A stretch of 64,000 nucleotides of DNA from contig NC_068995.1 of NCBI RefSeq assembly GCF_001194135.2, positions 14,738,668 to 14,802,667 on the forward strand, given 5' to 3'. The notes beneath the pieces were generated by a model. That model made no database searches. It worked only from the letters and a program-made list of their open reading frames with translations, and had not been told where the DNA came from. A program made the translations under genes and the position numbers. This DNA is from Octopus bimaculoides (Eukaryota). Shown one piece after another: positions 53,130-64,000 of the stretch (position 1 is its first letter; each line of letters starts with the position of its first letter).

Positions 53130-53640
53130 TTGTATACCGTTTATATTGGTCAAATTGGTGTCCTTATCTTGATTGTTGCTTTCATTACATTTCAGCTGTT
53201 GTATGTTCCAGCCTTCTTCAGGTGTCTTATGTTAAACTCAGTTGTTGTATCGGAATTTTGAACCTAACCTTTTATTCAATCCATGGGGGTACCCTGTTCT
53301 CATTCTACTCTCTGCATTTTGTGACATTTTTTTTCTTTCGGTGCCTTGCCTGGGATTGAACTCAGAATCTCTACATGACTGTATAGTGTGGTAAAGACAT
53401 TGGTTAATACAATGCAGACCCCTAGAGGCTCTGAATTCAATTCTTGGCCAGGCATTAAGATAATTCACAAAAATCAACTGAAGTAAAAATGTCATGAAAC
53501 ACAGAGAGCAGATTGAGAACAGTGTACCCCCATGAATCAAATAGTGGGTTAGGTTCCAAATTCCAGTACAACACCTGAAATGTAGTGAAAACAACAATCA
53601 AGATAACAACACCAGTCCAACTAACATAAACAGTATACAT
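53130..53640. repeat. Two diverged SINE-like copies in inverted (head-to-head) orientation
   Basis: 53130-53365 is the reverse complement of 53430-53640 (shared ttatcttgattgttg.tttca.tacatttcag and catggggg.tac.ctgttctca blocks). B-box-like sequences face the centre. Confidence 0.75.
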
Positions 53641-55907
53641 AAATGTTTGCCCTGTTCGATGAAATGTGAATGGAAAAACTCTTGACAATAACTTGTACAG
53701 TATTTAAAAAGAAAAAAAAAATTGTGAGAAATATAATAATAGAATTATCAGTTATTTCGAAAATATTTTTTTTAAAATTTGTTTTTACAAGGAATTTTTG
53801 CTTGTAGACTAATTCCTAAATCTTAAACCACCAGATGATAAATATTGGAGGTTGATTGACAGAGTGATAGAGTTTGAATGTGAATGTGTGGTTCTCACTC
53901 CAGTAAAGGTGATTGAGACCCAACTATAAGGTCCAGATCCTAACCCTTAAATTTGTCAGATAGGGTTATTCTCTGTCGAGAAGTTGTAAACACCCAAAAG
54001 TTATTTTACAACAATCATTTCTTCATACACAAATAAAACTGAAATTTTTCTCCTCCAAATCCAATTTCTTCACTACCATCTGAAAACATTCCATTTTATT
54101 GTTAAATTCTGTCGTTTTATCGTAATTCATTAATTAGAAGGTAGGGTCGGGGCAACTGTCAGTAACAATCCACTTGTTAGGCTAAACTGATGTTTCTATT
54201 TGCAATCATAGCAATTAAAAATGAACCATCACAGTCACTTGACTTGTGCTAGAAATAGCAACAACATGCAAACCAGGTATTTCTTAGATGTTCAAAATTT
54301 GTTTTTTTTCTACACCTTGTAGAAAAACAGAACATGGTGGTGAAAAAACCCACAAAACACTCAAAAATTTTATTTATAAATTATATTTTGTTTTGTTAAA
54401 CTCTTTATCACATTCATGTCTTTCACACCCCCAGATCTAAGAATGATTGTAACACCCCAACTCATTTTGATTGCATTCCATGGTTCTAACCATTATTTAT
54501 GTATTATATTTGAATTTGTTTTTTTGTCAATTTTGATTTTTGTAAATTTTGTTTTTGATTTTAATGTTATGTTTGCATATTTTTTTTTCTTTCAAAATTT
54601 TATTCTTATACAAAACACTGGAGTGGTGCTACAGAATTTTCTGGGACCAATTAACAAATTTATGTTTATTGTATATTATAGTATAATAAAAGGACGCTAG
54701 ATTAGCGAAATCGTTAGTGACATACTAAATGCTTCACAGTATTTAGTTATGCTCCTTCACATTCCAAGTTCAAATCCTACCAAGATTGATTTTACTCTTT
54801 GATCCTTCTGGGGTCAATAAAATAAAGTACTAGTCAAGTACTGGGGTCAGTTTAATCAATTAACCCCTCCCCTCAAAATTTTCAGGCCATATACCTACAT
54901 TAGAAACTTAATACTGTGATGCTTCATTATTCAACATGTTTTTTTTCTGTCGCTTGCTCCTCATGTATTATCTGTTATTCTTTAACTCCCGTTCTTCTCT
55001 GTTAGTCATTCCCAATTCTGTTATATACATCATCTTTGTAAATTGCGTCATTCTGTTTCACTGTTTAGGTGTCACTGCTGATAGAGGACGTCGCCAGTGA
55101 CACTAATTAGTTGGTACAACTAATTCACCACCACCACCACCACCTGTTTCAACAATGATATCAGTAATTTGAATGTGTATCATAAACTTTCACTAGTTCA
55201 AACATATCATAAAAGTCATTTCTCTCATCATAAGTTGTTTGTTATGATTCTTTTGTTCAGATGATTGTAGACATCTTAAATATATATATTCTCAAGGTGG
55301 TGCTCCAGCATGGATGCAGTCAAACACGTAAAAGAATATAATCAAAATGGGAAGACAAAGAAAGACTTCAATATATCTTTAACTAGTAGTGTAGCCCAGC
55401 GTTGCCCGGGATTAAGCTAGGATTATTAAGTGATCAAGTGCTTTAGTTCAAACCAAAATAAGTAACATTGACATCAGATTTGAGCGAAATCCATTCAAAT
55501 TGGTTGGCTGATAATGGTTTGCCCGCAATTCAATTGTGAAATCCCATAAGGAATCAGTTTATTGGTTATTTCCACTCATTGACTGCTTTTTTTAAGTTGC
55601 ATTAGAGATCTGCATAGGAGAAGGTTGATCTGAAGGTTTTGCATTGGGGATCTGGATTGGAGCAGCTTAGGAAAACTTACCACAGCCTTAACCAAAAAAT
55701 AAGGGGCCTGTCCCTCTAGGTTACGTCTATGAGCAACTTAGCCAATCACTGATATCAGCTGAGTGAGCATTGTTGTTGGAGAAGTCAGCATTGTCCAATA
55801 AAAAAAGAGGAAGAGTCCATAAGTCATGTTGCCATGGTTTGAGAATATGTCTGGCCAATGCTTCCGGATCACTGTTTATAACCACATCGACTGCAATGAT
55901 AACTTGT

Positions 55908-58900
55908 CTATAAAACTTCGCTATAGACAACATTGCGTGTTCTGCCCTGAGGAGCATACACAAAAAGAGCGTTTCTGCTACCCACACGGGAGCAGGCCAC
56001 ATAAAGTTGCCCATGTGAAAAGCATGGCTCCCCCAAATGGATGCCTGCCACCGATAGTCTTTGGCCATGGGATTTGTTGATGGACATGGCAAAGCATGGT
56101 CTCACCGGGAACTGCGATCTGCGGAAGTGAAATGGTATGTCTGACCCTGAGGGATAAAGGTGCATCCTTGAAATGAAAACATTTTCACCTCTCCCGCACT
56201 CTGTAACAATGGTGGCCTCGATCAAGTGGGGCATCAGGGACTTAACTACTAAGCGGATCCCATTGCACTGTTTAGGCGGAAGCACGTTTCTGATTAGCAT
56301 AATTGGGCATCCAACCCTTAGCCTAAGAATGTGAGGTGGAAGCCCTGCTGGCTCCAATGAGTTGAGAAACTCAACAGGGTAATTGACAATGTCTTGGGGG
56401 TCACAGGTCTGGTCAATCGATTTGTAAATGGGCTCCTCACCCAGAATTCGGCTTATGAGCTGGTCATTGATAGCACTGACAGCTACATTTTTGGGAGCCA
56501 GGATAGTTCCTTCACTGAGCCAATTGATGTCTGCATAGTTACTTTCCAGATTGGGGAATACTGTTTTCAAAAGATCAGAAGGGTTGTCCACTGTGTTGCA
56601 CAGTTCAGAGATGGATATGTCTCCCTTATCATTCTTAGGAACCTTCCCTTCTCCAAGGGCTAAAATGTCTTCAGCAAATGCTGCAGACATGCTATCACCA
56701 AGCAAGTGTGCACGCATGTTTGTGCTTAGACTTAACGTCTTAACCTGGGGCCACAAGAATGCCGAGTGCGCCGTCCTACCTCCTGGCAATAACATAGCAG
56801 TGATTTCCGAGGAGGCAACGGCTAGCGCAATTTGTTTCTCGCGACAAATCTTAGCAAGTATTAATCGTGTTACAAAAGATTTGCTGGTACCTCCAGGAGC
56901 ATCGAGGAAAAAAATGCCGCCCACCTGTTTTTCAACGGCACTGACGGCAGTTTCGTACGCCAGCCTCTGATCAGCTAGCAATTTCGGTTCATTTACTCTC
57001 AGGTACTCCGCAAGGCTATCAGCATCATACGACAACTCCTGAAGTAAATTTGGTGCGAGTGTGTTAACGTCCTGTCGCAATGAGGAAGGCAAACCAAATG
57101 TGTTCAACACGCCCCACCCATTTTGAGCAGGGCATCCTCAATTTCAATCAGCGCATTATTGTTGATCAGATCATTGTATCCAATGTCAGCATTAGGGTAC
57201 TGTTGCTTTGCCATCCAAAGGAAGTCCTCGGACATAGGGTCTCTGTACTTACCCACAAAGAAACTGGATCGGACAACCCACATTTTTGGAGCAAAATAGC
57301 GAAGACTTGCCGTAGGCTTTTGGGCGATTTTAGCAAAGCCCCTTCAGCCAAAGTAGAATCCCATTGTGAGTAATCCTCCAAAAGCCCACGCTGAAAGCAG
57401 GCTGCCCGAAATGTGTCATAACACACATTGTCAACAGTTCTGATATCCTGGAAGCTTTCTGGACCGACAACTTCATGAAGAAGGAGTCGCAAGTAAAAAC
57501 ACTCATGCTGGCTTGGGTGCACCGTGTATAGCCTCCTGAGGCAATCCAAAAACTTAATGGGTGTCGATGGCCATCATGCGTGCCTACAGAACGGGTCATG
57601 TAGTAAGGGATTCCCTACATCAACCCCCGACTGCCTTCATGTCCAAACGTTTTTATCCCACACAAAGTAGGATGGTAGTTGCGGATAAATAAGACGCTTT
57701 GCAAATGTGTCAATTTGACACAACTTAAAGAAACCAGTAAGAGTTGTCTCCTTCGGCAGGGCAGCCAATTGGGCAGCATTGTGCTCAGAAAAGTATACAC
57801 GCTGACCATTCTCCAAATGAACAATCAGATGCATGATTGCTGGATGCCTTTGGTGGAGGGGGAAACTGAAGATACGCCAAAAAGCCTCATTGCTGCTGAT
57901 GTACCACCCCGACAGGTACTCAGAAACTTCATCTCTTCCACTGGCACTTTGAAGGCCAAATACAGCGCCATCGGAGCCTTTGTTAATCATCATCATCATC
58001 ATCATCGTTTAACGTCCGCTTTCCATGCTAGCATGGGTTGGACGATTTGACTGAGGACTGGTGAAACCGGATGGCAACACCAGGCTCCAGTCTGATTTGG
58101 CAGAGTTTCTACAGCTGGATGCCCTTCCTAACGCCAACCACTCAGAGAGTGTAGTGGGTGCTTTTACGTGTCACCCGCACGAAAACGGCCACGCTCGAAA
58201 TGGTGTCTTTTATGTGCCACCCGCACAAGCCAGTCCAGGGGCACTGGCAACGATCTCGCTCGAAAATCCTACAGGAGCCAGTCAGGCGGTACTGGCAACG
58301 GCCACGCTCAAAATGGTGCATCTCATGTGCCACCCGCACAAGAACCAGTCCAGGGGCACTGGCAACGATCTTACTTGGCTTGCCGGGTCTTCTCACGCAC
58401 AGCACATTTCCAAAGGTCTCGGTCAGTAGTCATCGCTTCGGTGAGGCCCAATGTACGAAGGTCTTGCTTCACCACTTATTTACAAATGTACTTTATAGCT
58501 TTAATGGAACTGCAAAATTCAATATTTATATGGGCGTTAAAAATCTTTAAGAGAAGCGGGTAGTAAGGGACAACCCACCAATTGTCGACTTTACTTCCCT
58601 TTACTGTTGTGGTGAAGTCACTGTTCTCAGGCCGTCTCCGTCTGTACAGGGGGTACCCATCTCCATTAGTCCGTGTCTCATCAACAAATTGCTTAGGGAA
58701 TCCCTTACTACATGACCCGTTCTGTAGGCACGCATGATGGCCAACAACACCCATCCCACACGGACCATGAATCATGTTCATGCTGACAATGTCATATAAC
58801 TCATGGTCGATGACAGGGTTAGAAATTTCATCTGAGATGATTGCATCAACGTCATTAGAGTTGATTTTCGTCGCTAGCCAAACCAGAATGTGAGCATGTG

Positions 58901-60680
58901 GATAACCTCTCTTCTGCCATTCCAAGGTGTACATGTCGCACTTGACTGGCCCAAAAATCTTCCCCTTTTTGATTAATGACATCAACTTGGCCAACTTTAG
59001 CTGGAACACTCGTCCTGGGTTCATTTGTGCATGTACCTGGGTCCCCCCGTGTAGCTGGAGGGTAAAATGCAGGTCTTTCCCAGGCTTTGGGGATCAGCAT
59101 CATTCTGGATCCCATCTCGTAGATGGATGTAGCTGTCACTGCTCTTTCTGGTGTGTTTCTATAAAACACAGATGCTCGAATTCAACCTTGGCACCCATGT
59201 CCACTGCAAACTGATGAAAAAGGTCTCGTGACCAATGCAAGTGATTGAAGCTGTTCACCCGCAGCATAAATCTGTAGGCATAATATGCCCTTGACGACAC
59301 TGTTTTGGCTAATGTCACAGAGGGGTCGTTGGGTTGACCATGTTGAATGCCGAAATGGTAACCATCCTCCCCGCAAGTGAACAAAAGGGGGTACTGTAGG
59401 CTGTCGTAAGAGCGGTGAGTTTCACTAATCCTACGAAGGCCGCTGCCACGGTATGAGATAACTATATCTCTGGGGTTGTGTTGGTCCCCATGAAGTACGG
59501 CTGCCACCTCATTGCATGCAGGAGCATTGAAGCAGCAAGCATTCCCCCCAGATGGCCTCTTGTCAGCGTCAATGATGACATTGTAGTTGGGACAGGGTGC
59601 GTTCTCCAACGCGCATTTGAAGCTGAGGATGTAACTGTTGTGCTCGTGCAGCATTGTTTGTAGGCCAAGTAAGCTGTCTCTGGCGAAAGTTTCAGCCTCT
59701 GTGTTGTCTCCATTCGCCAGGAAATTGGCTACTCGTGCTGCAGCCTGTTGATTGTAGTCAGAGATGAAATAAAGCTGCAAAAACGCCGGTGAACTATTGT
59801 TAGGGGCCTGGAGTGACCCAATGAGGTGGTACACCTGCCCCTGGACCTTAAAAGTTGGCATCCACCTTTCCTCTCTGACAACTTTAGCCCCAAAGGAGGT
59901 CATCTGGAAAGCGCAATTGTATGTCCTGATAAGTTGAAGAAATCTGGATGACCTTGGCGCAGACCCTGCCAGCAGGTCCTTCAAAGGCTGTGGAGGGTCT
60001 TCAAGTGGTGGCAGCTGCACTTTGCCATTTGAGCAGCACATCCCAGGTGGTTCGGCTGACCATTTCTTAGCATTGCAGTGCTTACAGGTGGAACACATAC
60101 CCTCAATCTCGATTTCAGAACGGGAGGAGTAGCTTATCGTCGGTTCATAGTTGAAAGCCTTCATGAGCCAATAGGAACTTGTGGGGCTTGTAATGCCGCG
60201 AGCAGCCTCTCGCCAATGACTATTCCTCTGTAGCCTACCATATCTCTGTGGAGGAGTTTCAGCAGATCACGTAGTAGTAGTGACAGCAGTGTTTTGCAAA
60301 TTTCGGACTGCTCATTGTTCCGTAGTCTTGGAGGCTCTTGAATTGGCAGTGGCAGCAGCATTCTTTGAATTGCGTATTGCCCGTTGTTCAGCTGTCTCGG
60401 TTGCTCTTGCATTGGCAGAGGCAGCAACGTTTTCTGAAGTGCGAGCAGATCGAGCTGAGCTCGTTTCTTGAAAACGCACCGAACAGTCATACGACCTCCT
60501 CCTTTGTAGTCACATAGCTCTTTCGTCATCACTTTCAGTGACTCTCCTGCTCAAAGCATGCAAAGAGGTTTGAGCCAATCGCAAATTACTTTCGTGAGAA
60601 GTCTCATTGACCCTTCTAGCCCTCTGTGCCAACGCAGCAGCCGTTTGACGCCCTAGACAGATTCTTTTCTTAGGTGGCAT
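55908..60680 (-). pseudogene. Helitron RepHel (HUH Rep + PIF1-like helicase) pseudogene
   Basis: Starts MPPKKR (ATG 60680). Contains the CKHCNAKKW...CCSNGKV Cys cluster, Rep motif 2 EWQKRGYPHAHIL, motif 3 KYICK/(Y)INKG, helicase LDAPGGTSKSF, GGRTAHS, QFPVRPCFAMSINKSHGQ, HGQLYVACSRV, and ends VYSEVL*. Multiple stops, frameshifts, deletions and an insertion. Confidence 0.95.
57988..58476 (-). mobile_element. 5'-truncated RTE-type LINE (or RTE-tailed retroposon) inserted in the Helitron Rep
   Basis: On the - strand it reads VVKQDLRTLGLTEAMTTDRDLWKCAVREKTRQAK* (RTE ORF C-terminus), then a 3' UTR with tandem units and a (GAT)n tail. Confidence 0.85.
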
Positions 60681-60868
60681 TTTGTAAATTGGGAGAGAGA
60701 GAAAATGAAACTGACAGATGGGGAAATGTGATTAAATGAAGGCACAAATGAAGCTGAAGTTGCGGTTTTGGTGAACGAAAAATTAGCAATGAGAACAAAA
60801 CTGTTTTCAAACACAGACAACGTTACGCGGTCGTTTTCAATTAAGAGTAACTTGATTCGACAAACAAA

Positions 60869-61685
60869 NNNNNNNNNNNNNNNNNNNNNNNNNNNNNNNN
60901 NNNNNNNNNNNNNNNNNNNNNNNNNNNNNNNNNNNNNNNNNNNNNNNNNNNNNNNNNNNNNNNNNNNNNNNNNNNNNNNNNNNNNNNNNNNNNNNNNNNN
61001 NNNNNNNNNNNNNNNNNNNNNNNNNNNNNNNNNNNNNNNNNNNNNNNNNNNNNNNNNNNNNNNNNNNNNNNNNNNNNNNNNNNNNNNNNNNNNNNNNNNN
61101 NNNNNNNNNNNNNNNNNNNNNNNNNNNNNNNNNNNNNNNNNNNNNNNNNNNNNNNNNNNNNNNNNNNNNNNNNNNNNNNNNNNNNNNNNNNNNNNNNNNN
61201 NNNNNNNNNNNNNNNNNNNNNNNNNNNNNNNNNNNNNNNNNNNNNNNNNNNNNNNNNNNNNNNNNNNNNNNNNNNNNNNNNNNNNNNNNNNNNNNNNNNN
61301 NNNNNNNNNNNNNNNNNNNNNNNNNNNNNNNNNNNNNNNNNNNNNNNNNNNNNNNNNNNNNNNNNNNNNNNNNNNNNNNNNNNNNNNNNNNNNNNNNNNN
61401 NNNNNNNNNNNNNNNNNNNNNNNNNNNNNNNNNNNNNNNNNNNNNNNNNNNNNNNNNNNNNNNNNNNNNNNNNNNNNNNNNNNNNNNNNNNNNNNNNNNN
61501 NNNNNNNNNNNNNNNNNNNNNNNNNNNNNNNNNNNNNNNNNNNNNNNNNNNNNNNNNNNNNNNNNNNNNNNNNNNNNNNNNNNNNNNNNNNNNNNNNNNN
61601 NNNNNNNNNNNNNNNNNNNNNNNNNNNNNNNNNNNNNNNNNNNNNNNNNNNNNNNNNNNNNNNNNNNNNNNNNNNNNNNNNNNNN
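60869..61685. other. Assembly gap (N run), hides the Helitron 5' region
   Basis: 817 N. Confidence 1.
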
Positions 61686-63285
61686 TTCCGTACCCTAACT
61701 CTAACACCGTAGTGAAGATCGTGCGGGTGTTACGGAAAAGGCCGATCATTGGTAAAGATCGCCGAAGACACTTTTTACGGAAAAGGCCGATATTTAGGGC
61801 TCGTACCGGCGTGAAATAATAACAAAACTCTTTCGCTCCCAAAGTAGCATGTGTGAATGAGAGGGGGTAGAAAGATGAACGATATAAAATAAATAAATGA
61901 TTTAAAGTAAATATATTTTAATTGTTACGAATAATCAGTCACAATTTTCTCTGTACCAACTCTGCTTTCAATGCTAGTTTATGCAAAGTTTCCGAAAATT
62001 TATGTAATGTTCGCAGTTTTAGACATTAGAACACTTCTTCAGATCTGCATCATAGATTCACTCTTACATTGTGCATCTGACAGGCTTTGTGTTTTGCTTG
62101 TAATAGAAGGGGGAAAAAGTGAATAAAGCTGAAAATGTAAAGAGACTGGTGAAAAGATGGGCAAGTAAAGTGTGACTAACAAAGTAGATAAAAATTATGC
62201 TTAGGGGATGAAGAAGTAGTGGAAGAGGAGGGAGAAGACAAGAGGAGGAGGACGACGAGAAGAAAAAGGAGATGTGCTGAAGTCTTTCTTTGTCTTAGTT
62301 GGATTATATTTTACTCCTTGCTAAACTCACACAATAGTTTTACTAATGTAAAGCCTGGATTTTCCACATCTGAAGAATCTCAATATTTGTCTGGAATCTG
62401 ACAGTGTAAATAGCCTAAAGCTTGGATTGAGTGCTGCATTGGAAATACCCTATTTTTTCTACCCTCCCAGGACCTTATATATGTCTTATGTGATAAACCT
62501 TGTATTGTTCACAATTCAAACTCTGTTGATGATGATTAAGAATTTCAAGTTCTAAAAATGACAACAATTGTTAGAATATATTTGAAATACTGATGGGAAG
62601 GAAAACAATAAGCTGTTAGGGAGTGGAGTTAACTCTTGATAAAAACCTGTCTGAGACCACATCTGATTTTTATACAGACTTCATGATTTAAAGTGATCTA
62701 AATTAAAATTTTCCAGAAAAATGTCATGCTAATTTATGTTCCAAACACCATTATAATAATGACAGTTATTTTACTTGATTCTTCATTATTTTAAAATTAA
62801 TTGAAAAAAAAGCAGTGTATTTCAACAGGAATATGCTAACAGAAGAATAAAGGGATTTTTTTAATGTTAAATTCTGTTGACTACATTACTGGTATCAGAA
62901 ACATACACAGATGCCACACAATAGATTTGAACCTGGAACCATGAGGCATTGAAGTAAATTTAAATCAACACAAACGTGGCCTGTTGCCATGTATTTTCAT
63001 TCATGATCTGTAAGTTCAACATTCCTATAGACTAAGTGAAAAGTCTAGTAATCTCTACCCATTTGTCTGTATAAGAAAATTGAGCCCAATAAGGGTGATA
63101 GCACTTAGTATCTTTCATTAACCCTTTAGCATTCACGTTACTCTGCCAAACGTAGTGTTTATTCATTCATGTCATTTTGAATTAATCATGCATTATCTCA
63201 TGGCTTTGAGATTTTGATGATGTGATTGTTTATTTTTAGAATGACATTGTAGAATAGGTGTGGGAGGCTGAATCTAGCTGGTTTG

Positions 63286-64000
63286 GGAAAGAATGTTTGA
63301 ATGAAAGAACTTGCAGATTTCAGCCTTGAAGATGAAGATCGAACAGGACATCCAGTTGAGTTTGATGATAAGCTCCTTGAGGCATTACTTGAAGAAAATC
63401 CTGCATTATCAGTTGAAGAATTGGCATAAAGCTTAGTTCAAACCATACAACTGTTCATCTTCGGCAACTTGGAAAGGTTCCTAAACTTGGAAAATGGATG
63501 CCTCGTGAATTGTTCGAAAGCAAACGCAAATCCCGAGTTGACATCTGCTCTTCTCTGCATTCACACGAACTCATTTCACTCTTTTTGGATATACTTGTGA
63601 CTGGTGACAAAAAATGGATCTTCTATCGAAATGTTAAACATTGTAAACAGTGGCTTGGTAAAATGGAAAAAGCTCAACAACAACCGAGAAGGGAACTTCA
63701 TGGAAAAAAGGTTCTTCTCTCTATCTGGTAGGATTGCAAAGGAGTAATTCACTTTGAATTGTTACCACCTAATGCAACAATCAATGCTCAAGTCTACTGT
63801 CAGCAATTAGAGCGTTTGAACCAAGCTTTGAAGAAAAATAGATCCGATTTAGTGAATCGAAAAGGAGTGATGTTTTATCAAGACAATGTGTGACCCCACA
63901 CTGCAAAGATCACATCACAGAAGATCGAAGAGCTTGGTTGGGAAAAAATTCCTCATCTGCCTTATTCTCCCGACCTTGCTCCTTCAGACTGCCACTTGTT
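63286..64000 (+). mobile_element. Mariner transposase remnant (runs off the window)
   Basis: DFSLEDEDRTGHP, WMPREL (WVPHEL-like), VTGDKKW, QDNV*PH, LPYSPDLAPSD; internal stops and deletions. Confidence 0.92.

Larger units (their letters stand above)
55383..60868 (-). mobile_element. Helitron (rolling-circle transposon), decayed; 5' end probably within or beyond the gap
   Basis: On the - strand the element ends CTAG followed by T (plus 55383-55386). A 16-nt GC hairpin (plus cccagcgttgcccggg, 55395-55410) lies 8 nt inside. RepHel coding remnants are upstream. Confidence 0.93.

Noticed and set aside
55069-55103. 9-bp stem gtgtcactg / cagtgacac after a tttag
   Set aside because: A single short hairpin with no other support; not enough for an ncRNA or exon call
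57166-60680. Stop-codon read-through or selenocysteine recoding of RepHel TGA codons
   Set aside because: Several TGAs fall where Arg (CGA) would fit, consistent with CpG decay, and they co-occur with frameshifts and deletions
55383-60868. Helentron or endonuclease-bearing Helitron, or captured host genes
   Set aside because: The ORF ends right after the helicase (VYSEVL*), the 3' end is the canonical hairpin + CTAG, and I recognised no host gene fragment in the sequenced part
61693-61706. Interstitial telomere (accctaactctaac)
   Set aside because: Only two imperfect units

Overview
AT-rich, microsatellite- and retroposon-dense animal genomic DNA. The repeat families and intron style suggest an octopus (inference). 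There are three assembly gaps. One host gene is reconstructable by hand: a + strand RUNDC1 orthologue with 16 well-supported coding exons plus one candidate 27-nt microexon (ATG 9402 to TAA 48561). All introns are GT-AG and exon phases are compatible. The CDS is 1752 nt (583 aa) with the microexon, 574 aa without. Downstream lies a decayed Helitron on the - strand (3' end CTAG at 55383-55386 plus hairpin; RepHel 60680 to 55908). It carries two apparent internal deletions that remove catalytic motifs and an RTE-derived insertion in the Rep tyrosine motif. Other elements: a DD37D (maT-type) transposase remnant in the last RUNDC1 intron, a mariner remnant at the window end, RTE LINE 3' fragments, tRNA-derived SINEs, piggyBac- and hAT-type MITEs, and several foldback or inverted repeats. 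Most ORFs in the supplied track are chance or repeat-derived. I found no convincing new protein system. The most interesting unexplained patterns are sense SINE tails repeatedly ending at RUNDC1 3' splice sites, the candidate microexon, the dsRNA-forming inverted repeats, and the history of the Helitron lesions.
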